NCBI RefSeq assembly: GCF_009834535.1
Contig: NC_045697.1
Location: 78,556,001-78,620,000, forward strand
Origin: Camelus ferus
Lineage: Eukaryota
DNA: 64,000 nt
Reading direction: 5' to 3'
In this document: positions 49,160 through 62,860 of the stretch, piece after piece
Layout: the number at the start of each line of letters is the position of its first letter
How positions within the stretch are numbered: position 1 is the first letter of the stretch
The notes under the pieces: model-generated
What the model saw: the letters and a program-made list of their open reading frames with translations, nothing else
The model's database searches: none
What the model was told of the DNA's origin: nothing
Position numbers and translations under genes: made by a program

Positions 49160-51220
49160 TATAACTCATAAAGAGATCAAGGGTGATTCCATTTTTCTGT
49201 AATCTGGAATATTTTGTGTAAGATTGGATTAATTTAATTATTGTATACTTGGTAGATTTTATTGGTGAAATTATCTGAACATGAATGTTCTTTATGGGAA
49301 GGTTTTTCTGTTGATGCATTTTAATGGTTATTGGTTTATACAGGTTGTCTATTTTTTAAGTGAGTTTTGATAAATTATGTTTTTCCAAAGTTTAACCATT
49401 TTATTTACATTTCACATTTTATTTACACAAAGGTGTTCTAATAATAATAATAATTATACTCATATAACTATATATCCTTGTATAATTATATATAATAAAA
49501 ATAATAAAATGCTTATAACAGCATTTATTACTTGCTACGTTGTTCTGCTTACCATATATTTCTTGATTAATCCTGATATCATCTATTGACTTAGATCTTA
49601 TTACTTCATATTTTTGTAGATGGTGTAAGTAAAGCAGAGAAAGACTAATTTGACTATGCTTGTACATTAATAAGTTGTGGAGCTTGGATTTAAACACATT
49701 CAATCTAAACTACATGGCTTCTTATTCTTTACATCTGCAGCTATGGTGTGTTCCCTTTTCCTTTTGTAAAGTCATTTATTTATATCTTTATTCTTTACAT
49801 CTTGATCAGTCTTACCAGAGGTTTGCCAATTTTAGTAGATTTCAAGCATCCACATTTGTTTTTTTCATCCTTTTCATTGTATATTTGTTCTACATATTTG
49901 TTTCATCTTTATAATTTCCTTCCTCTCAACTTTTTTTTGCTGAGGTTATTCTGTTGTTTTCCTGTTCCTAACTTCTTAAAATGGTTGCTTAGTACATTAA
50001 TGTTAAGGCTTTCTCTACTTTTGTTTTATGGATTCACGTGTATTTATATTTTTCTAAGTACTTCACCTGTGTGCCGTAAGTTTTGAAATGTAGGGTTTTT
50101 GTTATTACTCCAGTCTAAAATGTTTCATTTCCAATATGAGTTTTCTTTGATCTATAAGTTGTTTTAAAGCATGTTTACAAATTTCTAAACATGGCTTGTT
50201 TCTATTTGGTTTTGTTTATGTTTTTGTTGTTTACTTTTAACTTAGTTGCTTTGTGTTTAGAGAATATGATTGCCATGTTGAGTCTTACTTTTTAGCCTAT
50301 TATGTGTGCAAAGTTTAGTACAGTATGTATTTGAAAATAATATGTGCTTTGCAGTTACTGAATGAAAAAGTCTATGTGACTTACTTAAAGCTAACTGTGT
50401 TGATTAAAGCTTCTACATTCTTACTGATGTTTTTGTCTGCTTGATCTGGGTTTGAGTGTTTTTAAAATCTTCTACTATAATTGTGGAATTGCATATTTTT
50501 CTTTGTTGTGTTGTTATTTTTGCTTTATTTATTTTAAGGCTGTTATTCATTGCATAGGAGATTAAAACTTTTATACCTCCCTGGTAAATTGACCTTTTTT
50601 ATCATTAATTTTGACCCTCTTTAGATTAGAAATGCTTTTTATACTCTAAAAATCAATTTTTGTTTCTGATTAATATGATTAACATCAGCCTTCTAGAAGT
50701 CATGTACTTCATTACTCTTCTTTCACTAGTTCCAATAGACATTAAAATGTTAATTTAACTTATTCAGGTTTAAAGTTAATCAGTTTACTTACCCCTCTTG
50801 TAAACAATCAAGCACATTCTCACTACACGTATTCATTACTCTCTTGTAATTTAATTAATGTTAAGCTACAGTTGTATTATTATTAATTTTAAAAAATCAA
50901 AATTTGTTTACATTAACATTTATATACCTCTTTCTTCTTTATTTCTTTTTGTTTTCCAGACTATCATCTGGGAACATTAAAGATGCATTAATTATATCAT
51001 TAAATGTTTTCTTTAATGAGATACTGTCAGTTACAAACTCAATTTTGTTTATCCAAAAATATCTTTTAGCCATTCTTGTCCAATCAAAAGAGATACCTGC
51101 TCTCTAATAAATTCTAGGTTGACAGCGATCTTCTTTCACCATGGTAAGAAGATATCAGTCCTCTTTTCTGGCTTCCATATTACTATTATAATTAAATTTC
51201 TTTCTTTCTCCTAGTTGATT
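49160..51220 (-). mobile_element. Old L1M internal fragments
   Basis: T-rich antisense L1 tracts such as GATCAGTCTTACCAGAGGTTTGCCAATTTT and TCTTCTACTATAATTGTGGA; this explains the Phe/Leu-rich ORFs. Confidence 0.6.
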
Positions 51221-51345
51221 TAGATTGTATATTCCTGATTCAGGGGTTCAACAGTAGAAGAGGACCAAGAATTTCTGTCTAATTTCAGAAATACAAGCTC
51301 ACTATGAGTATGGACAGACCAGTTATTTCCATTTTTTCTCTAATC

Positions 51346-51594
51346 CAAGGTTTCTCTGTCTTGGCACCACTGATATTTTGAAACAGATAATTGTTTGTTG
51401 TTGAAGACCTCCTGTACACTGTAAGATATTTAGCAACACCTCTAGCCTCTATACACTAAATGCACACCTCAGTAGCACACCACTCCCACTCCCTGAGTTG
51501 TGACAGAAAATAATGACTCCAGACACTGACAAATGTTCCCCGTTTGGTGAGAGGGGAGGAAAAGCAGCAACACTTCCCCTAGTTGGAACTGCTG
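51346..51594. mobile_element. MER20 hAT-Charlie MITE with 8-bp TSD
   Basis: CTCTAATC duplicated at 51338-51345 and 51595-51602; body has TTGGCACCACTGATATTTTG, GTTGTGACA and CTCCAGACACTGACAAATGT. Confidence 0.88.
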
Positions 51595-52749
51595 CTCTAA
51601 TCCAGAAGGACCTTGTAGTTAGAAGTTATTCCTTCTAAATGTTCACATTAAATTGATTTTCCCCTTTAATTTATAGAATCATGAATTTTTATATTTTTGC
51701 CTATATAGATATTTTAGCAAAAATAAGAAATGGCTGTATCAAATCAAATAGTGAAATGCTATTTTAAATCCAAATCACCAAAAAATTTGAATGATTTTTA
51801 AATTTAAAGAGATACTGACGTTGTCATCACTGAATTTCATATCTACCCAATAGAAAATGTTTAAAAGCTGATCTAGGCAACAGAAAATGAGATATACCAA
51901 GGCAGATTTATAGCTTGTATTTTTGTTTTTTTCCTGGTACTTTTCAATCACTACAAAACTATAATAGCTTATAGACTTTTTGTATATAAATAGTTAAAAT
52001 ATTCATCTTTCCATTTTAGAGTACTCTAATACTGGCAACAAAATGTGTTTTTAAGGATTCACATCATACATTTATCAACCCAGTAGAAAAATAAAGTAGA
52101 AAAGGTATTCAGCAACCTGGGTTTGAAGATAGTTTATTAATTTCACATGTTGGGCAGGAAAGACTTTAAGTGTATTCTGGCAAAGGGAGCTGCTAAAGAG
52201 AATAAAGTTGAATAGACTGTTATTTTCCTCTCTGAATCACATTTAAACACACACATTTCCAAGAAGAGTGCTATGATAAGTGTCATGGTGTTTCACGACC
52301 TATTCTCTTTTCTAATAAATATAAGACTAAAGTCCTGCCTCCCTAAAAAACAATAAGTGATTTTATGCTTCAACTCTTACAGTATTTTATGCATTAGTAA
52401 CTGTTACTTTCACTTTAAGGGAAGACCATGAAATGACACTGACTGACTAGTGAAGAGAGGCCTAACCTGAATAATGGCAACTATGAATTAGTAAATTCTT
52501 TAGACAAATGCAGTTATTTACTCTGAAAAACTGTTTACTGGATATGGATTAACAAAGTATTATCTGGCTGATTCCTGTAAACTGTGACAAATGAAGAGAT
52601 TAAAATGATTTCTAAATGTCAGATCCTTAAGATAGGAATACTTGTTTTTTTTCTGAAGTACTTGAATATGCTTAAAAATAGTACCTTCTCATACAAAGCT
52701 TAAACATTTCTCTGAAATCTTAAACTCAAATAAACTTGGAAGGATTATA

Positions 52750-52784
52750 TGTGTGTGTGTGTGTGGTGTGTGTGTGTGTGTGTG
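52750..52784. repeat. Interrupted (TG)n microsatellite
   Basis: Read directly. Confidence 0.9.
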
Positions 52785-53219
52785 GTTTACAAACCAGGGA
52801 ATTAAAGTTTTATATTGAGCAGTAGAAATTATACCAGGATGTATGTTCTCATTTCCTCATTAGTTGTCTGTCTCCCATATCTTCCTTGTAGTGTTCATTT
52901 GCTTAGCAAAAGTTTTTTATAAATGCACAAAAATAAAGATTTCATGATCATTTCTGTCCATGTTATCTTAAATTCCATTTTAGTAGTGACTGAGTTTTTT
53001 TCAAATTTCTTCTATGCCTAAATGTGTAAAAGCAAAATAAAAGTATATTCAGTAATAAGCAGCATATATACCAAGATTAATAAGCACGTAATGAATAGTC
53101 TACAGTTTTCTACAAAATCAGCCCCCTAAAGCTCTGTTTAAAAATTTTTTTACAACTTCTTATTATTTAAAATAAAAGCTAGACTTTTTTTAACTAGCTT
53201 TTAAGGTTCACCAAGATAT

Positions 53220-53660
53220 ATCTCTAATCCACCTCCTGAATCTTATCTCCCGATGCTCACCTTGTACATTTCAATAAAAGTAAAGAACTATTTACATCTG
53301 GTATTCTTCTCTTGCCTTTGCTTAGACTGTTTTCCTCAATTGAGACGTTATTTTTCCTACGTCTGATTTTCTAAATTCTACTCATCATTCAAAGCTAAAC
53401 TGAGATGTTATCTCAATCTTAAGGCTTTCCCTAATCCTTCTAGATAGCAAAAAATCCCTTCCCCCATCTGAACTCTCACAATACTTTATATGCCATCTTA
53501 TTTTGCATAGTTATTTACAGATGTTTTTATGCATCACTTGCAAGACTGCAAAGTGTTGAAGGATGTGGCTGTGTTTAATTAAATTTTCTATCATCTGAAG
53601 GGCAAACAGTAAATCCTTAATAAATACTCATTGGTGGAATAAGAAGAAATGGATGGGTAC
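53220..53660 (+). mobile_element. L2 3' fragment
   Basis: GCCTTTGCTTAGACTGTT...TACTCATCATTCAAAGCT...GGCTTTCCCTAA...TTAATAAATACTCATTG. Confidence 0.7.
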
Positions 53661-54019
53661 ATAAAGAGATTGCCTTAATGATAATATGACAAAAACCAAA
53701 AATCCTATAGAGACGTAAGGAAATACTAAATCATGGTTTACTGCACAGAAATCTTTTAGATTCTTAGATACAGTAACTCCAAATTTAGTAATTTGCAAAA
53801 TCTATGACTTTCAAATCAGGGCTATTGACTGGAGCTTCACCAACACAACTGAGCAATTGCGTTTTCCAGTTAGTAGACACTCTTTTTTTGTTTTCATAGT
53901 AAGTGCACTCTTACCAGCTGTTATGCCTGATCCTGCCATCATTTCTGCCAAAAACAACATCCTGCATCAGTCCCCTGCTTCTCAGCTGTGCCACTCCAAA
54001 ACAATGTTTGCTCCTCATT

Positions 54020-54400
54020 AAAAATCTGCAAAGCCAACTGAGAGTCAATCCACCACAGGCAGCCCAAACCAAACTGGGGAGAAGAGACACGAAATCTGAT
54101 CTTGGTTACTCACACCACTAAGAGGTTGTGCTGCTTGCTGCATTCCACACAAGCTGCTAGCACTGGAGAAGCCCTGCGGGTAGCCCTGTGGGGAGGCCAT
54201 GATGGCAATCCAACCATGAGGTCATGAGGCCACGTGTGCTGTTACTAGGTCCTTGCAAAGTAAATAAACTACAGAATCTGCTGCCGTTTATGGAGACCAT
54301 GCAACTGAAGAGGCACTTGTGCCACCCAACCCTTGTCAATTGGACCCATGGTTCTGGTCTATCTCCAAGGAATAAGAAAGGCTTTATAACCAGATGGTGC
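54020..54400 (-). mobile_element. Ancient L2-clade LINE ORF2 (RT C-terminal) relic
   Basis: Minus strand gives KDLVTA, LMTSWLDCHHGLPTGLP, QLVWNAA and SGVSNQDQI..GLPV, compared with L2/CR1-type LVTSRLDYCN.LL.GLP...LQLVQNAAARL...HITP..LHWLPV. Confidence 0.6.
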
Positions 54401-55957
54401 TCTAAACAAAGAAATTGGCCACGGATGCTGGGTTACTGGACTTCACAGTGGTCTATGTGACACAAAAAGACCCAAGACAAAAAGTTAAAGCAATCCAGAT
54501 CATTTAAGAAGTGAGGATAATTTGATATATTTAGAGCCCCAAGCAAATTCAACAGATTTTGTGACTCTGTATCTCTTTCACCCACATCCTAGAGATCTGG
54601 TTAACACTGATGCCCTTTCACGCTCAGGGGTCTGAACTACCTGCTGTTCAAAAAGAGAAGGATCAGCACTTTCAAAGTGCATTCCAATTTTAAGACACCT
54701 CTGCTTAAAGAATACATTTCCTTCACAACATACATTTCTTCAACCAGATGATCCACTTTATGATTTTTGGCAAAGCTCAGAAATTATCAGTCCCTTCAAG
54801 GTTCAAGCTCTATAGGTATTCAAGAGTCCTGCATTTACTCCCCTGCTTAAACATGACCAATCTGACCTCCTTTACTAAAATACAAGAGAATAAACCAGCG
54901 ACTTCCCTTCTTACAAAATACTTCGACCGTGAGAAATATGTCCGTTTGCAAAGACCTTCAGTGCAGTTAAATAGCAGATGTAAGAAATTCAATTGCAGAC
55001 AGTCATTTTATGAGATTAGAGGCTGCACTGAAGAAAAAAACTGAATGAAGCCAAGCATGTAATGAAATCTTTTGTTAACAGCCATCTAAACATTTGTATT
55101 ATATTTTAGATTAGAGGTGTATCTTGGGAATGTTCGCGAGAATCTGGTACGTGCATAATGTTCTGAGAGATAGTTAAGAGCCACCCAAAGGATGCTGAGA
55201 TTGCTAAGTATCAAGATCATTCTATCCAGCTGATCAAACGATCCTGAATGTGCCAGATTAACTGGTAGTGTTAGACTGGAAATGGGAGATAGGGAAACAC
55301 TGCACATGTCAAGTCAGTCTGGACTATTAAGTTCCCAGGACATGCCCAGGACTGCTAAGCTGTCATTGTGGGACAGCACCTTCCCACCCACACCCTCCTA
55401 TAAAAAGACTGGTGAGAAAGCAAAACTTTCCAGAGTAAAAAGGTAAGAAAATTAAAGTTGTAGATTTCATATGAATATATATCCAGAAATAAACACAGGA
55501 GAGAACAGAGAGATATATCTCAAATAAAACATATTCTAGCATGGGTTGCAGTAACGCTGTTTGATGGGCGCACTTCCTAAGAGAGTGTAACCACTTCTTC
55601 AAGAACATACAGAGTATAAAAAGTTTTAGAATGCATACAAATACATTAAAACCAGCAAGTATTTAACAGTTTGATTTAAAATATTGAAAACAGGTAAGGT
55701 GGCTAAAAGGATTTTATTCATTTGTGTAACCATCATATCTATAACTGCAAAAACATATCTGCAGATAGTAATTTCTGAAGTAACTTGCAAATGCTACTGG
55801 CATACTTCTATGATTATATGTCTACGTTATTATTAAATAACAATATTTAATATCTAAGTAATAAATAATATATAAATAAAATTTGTATTTTCCCTTCATA
55901 ATTTAGCTATACTTGCAAAATTATAATTTATCTTCATGAAACTTGTCTCTGACCTAT

Positions 55958-55980
55958 ACACACACACACACACACACACA
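55958..55980. repeat. (AC)n microsatellite
   Basis: Read directly. Confidence 0.95.
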
Positions 55981-58651
55981 GATATTTATATAACATATAT
56001 AAACAAAATAATTTAAATGCTTTCTTGCATAATAATATGAATTGCCATGCTAGAGAAAATAATTTTAATTGAATTGCTTATACCTGCAATATATGTACCT
56101 TTTATGTAAATACATTTTTAAAATTTTAAGTAATATAGTAATTCACATACAATAAATTATATAATAATTTATGTAACCAATCATAACCATCAATTTACTT
56201 ATGCTGTCCTAACAAAACAGAACAATCCAAATATTCCTTAATAATCATGCTAACTTGGTTAAGAACAACCTCCCCCATAACTGTCAGTTTTAGAAAAATC
56301 ATAAGGTTTTTCTACAAATGACCAAATATGCTAACAAGATTTAGAAACTTCATTCTAATGCTTTCTTCTACAGAGAGATTAATTTTTATTTTAGAAGACA
56401 AACCAAACAACACATTTATTAACATGAAGAATTAATATTTTTACTTTATTCTTTGTAATGAAGCAAAAAAAAAAATTTTATGAACATAATCTCTATTTTA
56501 GCATTATGTAGTCATTTCACTGTTAATATGATAATACAATTATAAATTCAATTGAGCTAAATTTTCTAGTTAATTAAAAATACCTCAATTTTTTTTAAAC
56601 AAATGAGACAAAAAAGGAGAAAGGATGGGAGTCACTGCCCCTCTTAAACGAAAATGAATTATGTAAACATAGATTACATGGTGTGGGGGAAACTTAGGAA
56701 AGATATCTCTGACTTTTCTCAGCTTACTGGGTCTGCATCTCTTCTATCATCAGCTACATGCACAAAGCACCTTACAAATCATAATAAGATAACAGACAAA
56801 ATGTCATTTATGATTCATAATTTTGTGTTTTATTTTTTGTCTGATATCCTTTCTCAGTCGCGCGCATGTGTGTGTGTGTATGTGTGTGTTTATGCAGTCT
56901 GGGAGGGTAGTAAGTGAGAGAGCATAGCTTTTGTTTTAATCTCCATGGTGAAAAGCTTTTGTAGGATAATTCTTTGCATGAAAAAAATCACACCTAGCAC
57001 CTTCGTCTCATGCTAGGTGTCATGAATAACAAGAATGAGATTTTTTTTTGCAGCTGTTTCAATCCCACATTCACACACACACACGCATGTGTTTGCTAAT
57101 TTAAGAAAGAAAGAAGTGACAATGGGTTTGAACTAGTTCCACTATCTGTAAGTCACTAGTGAAAAGCAGAATATTTTCATCCGTCATTATGGGTCAGATT
57201 TCAATGATTAAAAACCCCAGAGCTTCTCAAGGGTATAATTTCCTGGTTCTCCACCTGCACACTTCCCCATGGACCTCATCATCCTTGATTCTAACCAAAT
57301 TCTGGAAAAGCAAGTTCATTCTAATTGAGATGCAGAGTTTAACAATACATGCAAAAGGAAATTAGTTATGTTGATAATCATACAAAATTAGCACAGGATT
57401 TTGTCAAAATATATTAGGAGGAAATGTTTTCTTGACTTTAACTCATATCATTTATGACTGATTGCAAAAATAATTATGCTATATTATTAAAAAATAGAAA
57501 TATGTTCTTGAAGTTTCACATCAGATAACCATCCTTGGACCAACAGCCTCAATCCAGTAGTCTGAGATGATCAGTTTGACTTTTGAATGCTTTGGGGTCA
57601 ATAAAACCCCAAATGGTTTGGGCCAATCACACATCCTCTAGTTATTTAAACCCTTGAGCATTTCAAAGGGAATTTAATCTATATGATATGATTCATTTAC
57701 ACTTTACACATCAAAATGGTGTCTATAGGAGTTACCTAATGTTACAAAATAAGTTCTATACTAAAATGCTTTAATCTATACTTTCCAAAAATAGAATGTC
57801 ATTTCAGAATTAAGCAACTCCCCTCTACCTCTAAATTTTCACGATCAGTTCAAAACTCAGACTATTTCTAGTTTTAAAGGGAAATGAATTTTCACTGAAG
57901 CATTCTATCTTTCCCAGTTACAGCCAGATCACAGAGCTTTCTCTCTTGGTGCTTGTGATTCTGAGATGCCTTTGTAATTACAAACAGTGCGCTGTAGTTG
58001 TTCTGAGACAAAACAGCCCCCTATGCTTAAGGAGCTGATAAAACAATAGGTTGAAATGATCTTCCTAGACTTTTTCTTTTCCCTTCAATAAATGGTGTTA
58101 ACATTAGAAATAAACGCAACAAAATGTGGTCATGGAAGATTTTTTTTTAAATATGTGGGTAAAGAGCTAAAACTCTTGCTCAAAACCAATCTGGAAACAT
58201 AAACATCAGTAGTTGATTTTAATTAAAGATTCTACTGTAGGGTTTTATTTTGTTATTCTTGTCTAATTACACAGAATTTTGTGTTATTGTCTATGTTACC
58301 TACATTTATAACATAAAATGATAAAATGTAAATCTCAGTTTTTTTAAAAAAATACTTTAGAACAGGATCTAACTGCAAAATGACATTTTATTTGATGATT
58401 ATTTGAGAGTCCCAATTTTTATATACTGGAGGTTATGTAATGTCTTGTCATATATTGGTCATTGAATGGGCCATACATGGAATAAAAAGGATGAAATTGA
58501 AAAACAAAATGTTCTGGAGTTCTTGATACAACCCAAACTTTATCTAGTTGAGACTTTGATGATGAGTCCTTCTATGTGTTGACATGTTGAAGGTCATATT
58601 AATATGTAAGAAATTACATAAGATTTCACAGTTAATCATTGCTCCAGAAAA

Positions 58652-58882
58652 AGTATAGTGGAGACAGTAAGACAACAAAATGGTTCCAGACAACTTGGGT
58701 TTGAATCCCCCAGCCCTGTCACTTAATTGCTGGTGACTTTGGGCAAGTCATTTAAACTCTTCAAGCTTCTGTTTCCCTATCTACAAAAATAGAGATAGCA
58801 GTATTTGTACCTCAGGGTTGTTGTAAGGATTGACTAGATAATATATAAAGTACTTAGAACTCCAGCAATATAAATGTTAGCT
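58652..58882 (+). mobile_element. MIR SINE, near full length
   Basis: GGGTTTGAATCCC...GTGACTTTGGGCAAGTCATTTAAACTCT...GTTTCCCTATCTACAAAA...CAGGGTTGTTGTAAGGATT. Confidence 0.9.
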
Positions 58883-59149
58883 CTTCTAATATTAACAGAA
58901 AAAAAATATCCATTATGTTTGTGTTCAACATTTGAGAACTGTTTTCTTTCCCTGAACCTTCTTGTATGGATATCCCAAAACAATGTAGTAACATGGAATG
59001 GCTGCTTTAAATTTAAAAAGATGTACTATTTACTTAATGGGCCCTCTTAATTAAGGTTTATCACCTAAAACTAAATACTTAAAAAATAGGTAAAAATAAA
59101 TAAAGCTACTTTTATGGCATCAGCTATCCAGTCTTATTCTGTTGGCTCT

Positions 59150-60000
59150 GGAATCTCTAATTCCAGGACTGGCCCCTCATCTCCACTTTAAGTCCTGAAT
59201 TCCAATGTTTGTTTGTTTGTTTGTTTGTCCAGCAGCTGCCACCAGCACTACATAGTCTCTCTGAGCCTCATTTTCATCAATCCCAGGTTTGATCCACCTC
59301 CCAGTTGTCTGAGCTCTCTTGCTGTTGTATGACTCTTTTTGTCTTTTTTGTCTTTCCTTTTTCCCTTCAAAATCTCTCTCTTTGTATTTCTCTTCTTCCT
59401 CTGTGGTCTAGACAATCCCCTTTACCTGGATTAAATAAATATCCTCCTAATTCTCTCTCTGCCATCCAGTTCTCTTTTTCAAATTAGTCTGCCCACCAGG
59501 ACGAGACTTAACCTGCCTTGACACTGTCTTCCTTACAACCACAACTCTCTTGTTTTCACCATTAGACCCAAAGACTTTTGACTGGTTCTCAGTCCCTGCA
59601 TTTTCTGATTCCGATGGACTCATACAGTATGTTTATGCCTACATCTCAACTCTGTGTGTGTTTTGTCTTTCCCCTTCATGAATCCCTCTCCTTTCTTTCC
59701 CACACATCTGTGTCTTAAATATTTGTTGAAGTACATATTAAGTTTTACTCTCTCCAGAAATGGTTTTTGTCTATTCTGATCACATTGATCTCTCACTTAC
59801 AGGAGTTACTATGGCACATAGCATCAACACCCAAGAATTTAACATTTCACTTTGTGTTAGTTACTTCACCCACAAATTCCAAATTGATCGTATGCTTCTT
59901 AAGGCCTAAGACAATCTACACATTGTCTACACAAGCCCTAGGCATATAATACACAAGGAAGAAGCATTTATTATAAGATTAATTGATTAGTAATTAAAAT
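59150..60000 (+). mobile_element. L2 LINE fragments
   Basis: Pyrimidine-rich L2-like sequence ending near CCCTAGGCATATAAT; boundaries approximate. Confidence 0.5.
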
Positions 60001-61124
60001 AGTGGAGAATTTTAGAAATAACTTTTTAAATGCCAGCTCTTAAATTTCACACTTGTCAAACAAAATTAGTAAACAATCCTCTATGGTTCTTTCGCTCAGT
60101 CTTACCAAGTCCCTCTCATATACTCCAATCTGTTTTTTCTTTATTCCAGTTTATTTTCTCTACCACCACCAGCTTAGACTTTCTGAAGCAGTGATTCTGT
60201 ATTAGTTCTCCTACATGATCTCAATGAACTTCTCCTCTTTTTTCCCTTTATTATCTAATAGAAATTCATGAAAATGTTACAATTGTGAAAATCAAACACT
60301 AAATTTGTGTATCTAAATACTTATTCTGAAGATATTAAATGGCTGATTTCAAAAGAAAATTGGTGTCTGATGTCCCATTGATGTTCAAATTATTTTTAAG
60401 TTTTATAGCATTATATGAGTGTAAGAAAGTCACTGCATTGTTAATACACTTCATTTGTGTTACCTATAAGGTTCATGGATATAAATAATAATGATCAAAA
60501 TATTTTTTAAAACTCAAAACAAATTGATTTATGATTGAAATTTAGTTTTATTTATGACATTCAAATTCTAATACTCAAAGTTTCCCTGAATATGGCCTAC
60601 CTTATCCTTCTAAATTCATCTACCTAAGAAACCTAAGAAAAAGTTTGTTTTTTGTTTTGTTTTCTTTTTTTGGTCTGGTCTCCTCACTGCTTTGTGAACT
60701 CAAGCCTACTATTTTACCATCTGGAATGTCCTTATCACTCAAAAATATTTATCCCAGCTCAGACTTACAGTTCTGTTCTATTCCCTTCCAGCCCCTTTTT
60801 GGTTATTGATCTTCTCTCTTTAGTTTCTAAAGAAAATTGTCAATAAACTACCATTTTAGAATTAACTGCATGTATACTTTTTAGTTAATGTTTCAAACAC
60901 AAATCTCTTTTCTCTGCATCTGGAATATAATCATGTATAGGCAACATACATTACTTTTTAATTAAACAATTTACTCCCTAAGATGGGCAAAATATGTTAT
61001 TTATGCCAAATAACTTTTTAAAATAATAAAACAGTAAATAATTTTGCATGTTTTAAAACTATCAGAAAAGCAACATTTTTATGCTACTAATTAATGACTT
61101 ATACTTCAAGAAGTTGCTAATTAT

Positions 61125-61310
61125 TCCTGTTGACTAGATGTGCACCATGGCCAGGCACTCTTCTAACCCTTTCATGAATTAACTAATGTAATCCTCATAA
61201 ATCCTAAAATAGACATTGTTCTCATTATTTACAGATAAGAAAACTAAAACTAAGAGGGCCTAGTTTGCTCCAAATCCCACAAAACTAGAGCTCCACAGTA
61301 TGGTCCTAAC
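61125..61310 (-). mobile_element. MIR SINE
   Basis: GCCAGGCACTCTTCTAA...AATCCTCATAA...ATTTTACAGATAAGAAAACT. Confidence 0.75.
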
Positions 61311-61789
61311 AAACACTCAACATCTGCGATCTTCCAGAAATTCTATTAGGTGGCATATTTTATTTTTCTAAGTCACATTCACTAGTAAGGTATTGTCACA
61401 GTATATTTGTAGACAAGAATTGATAGTTGATGTGATTTTTATGAAGTGATACAACAAAAATCTCCTGATACAAGGTCAATAAATTTTCTTATTAGTATAG
61501 ACATGATATTTAGTATTATTCTTTTACCTATTTTGCTTGGTAGTCAAGTCATATTTATGATTATTGGTGCATTTAACTATATAAAGCCAGTTGAAATTAA
61601 AATCTTCTAAGGGTGGCAAGGCAGGATAATCTAACAGGACAACATAGCACATGTTTAGAACCATCAGGAAAAGAAGAGCTTCTGAAAATGTTTTGAAGTG
61701 TGTTATTTCAAAAAAGCTATGGAAATGGTGTAGTGGAAATTTTTTAAGAAACATTCTTATAATTAGTCTAGGTTTCAGTACTTGTATAC

Positions 61790-62300
61790 TTGCATCAACT
61801 GCCTCAATTCTTAATCTTCCCTATATTCACTCTTTTCTCTGTGACTTTTCAGATTCTCCCACTGGAGGGGCAGAATATTTTTTCTGCTCCTTGGCTTCAG
61901 GTTGGGCCAAATGACTTGCTTTGACCAATAGGGTAAGACAGAATTGATGGTATGGTAGCTCTAAGCCTAGGCCTTGAAAGCCCTCACACACTGTATTTCT
62001 CTTTCAGAGACCCCTGGGATCAACCTACTATGCCTGGGCTAGCCTGCTAGTTCCAGAAGTAATGTAAGGAATACATGAGACCTAGCCGAGCTGCTGCTAT
62101 AGAGACCAATTAAGATGATCTGAGCTCCAGTGAGCCCCAAAGCTCTTGAGCAAGGTCAGCTAAGATTAGTGGAGCCACACAGCTGTGCTGGGCTTAGATC
62201 CACTGATTCCAACTGTCCAGATAAACACCTAAATAAATGTTCAATACTGTAGACTGCTGTGATTTTGTGGTAGTTTACTACACAGCAGTATGATGATTGT
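61790..62300 (+). mobile_element. MLT1G/H-like MaLR LTR
   Basis: TGACTTGCTTTGACCAATAG...CTAAGCCTAGGCCTTGAAAG...AATAAATG...TTTTGTGGTAGTTTACTACACAGCA. Confidence 0.75.
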
Positions 62301-62639
62301 TTTCATTGGAAACAACAAATGTGGTATGGATATAGCACTATATCATTTCATGGTTGCAGCTACATGGAATCATAATCCGGTACTTTAGGATGGTAATTAG
62401 ATTGGTCTCCAGTGTAAAATCAGAAGGCTTTTTTAAAAATGTGCTTGCTTGTGTGTGTGTTTTGTTGGTTTTGTTTTTACTTTGTGAGAGAAAAAGATAA
62501 ATATTTTTTATAATAGTTGACAAATTTAGACGAGTGTGCACTGAGGTGAGGATAGAAGTATGGGACAGGTGTTATTCTGAGTGTCATCTACCTTTCTATA
62601 TAGCCTTTAGCTTAGCTGTTCTCTTCTTTGAAGACTTCT

Positions 62640-62860
62640 TGCCTTCTCAAATCTGGGTTAATTGTCCTCTTAAGTATTTTTAGAATACTCTTTTACCCTC
62701 AAGGTAGACTTTGTATTTATTTATGTGCTTCTTTATTTATCTAAACTACTAGGTCTATGAGGAAAGGGACACATTTTTATCATTCCTTGTTGTAAGTCCA
62801 ACACTAAATATAGTCCAGTCCCATAGGTGGCCCTCAATAAACACTTTTTAATATGAAGTA
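62640..62860 (+). mobile_element. L2 3' end (degenerate)
   Basis: CTATGAGGAAAGGGAC...CATAGGTGGCCCTCAATAAAC. Confidence 0.5.

Noticed and set aside
49128..51107. Cluster of hydrophobic, membrane-protein-like ORFs
   Set aside because: An artefact of T-rich antisense L1 sequence.
56990..57020. 10-bp perfect hairpin ACACCTAGCA/TGCTAGGTGT
   Set aside because: About one such stem is expected by chance in 64 kb; too short for a pre-miRNA and no supporting context.
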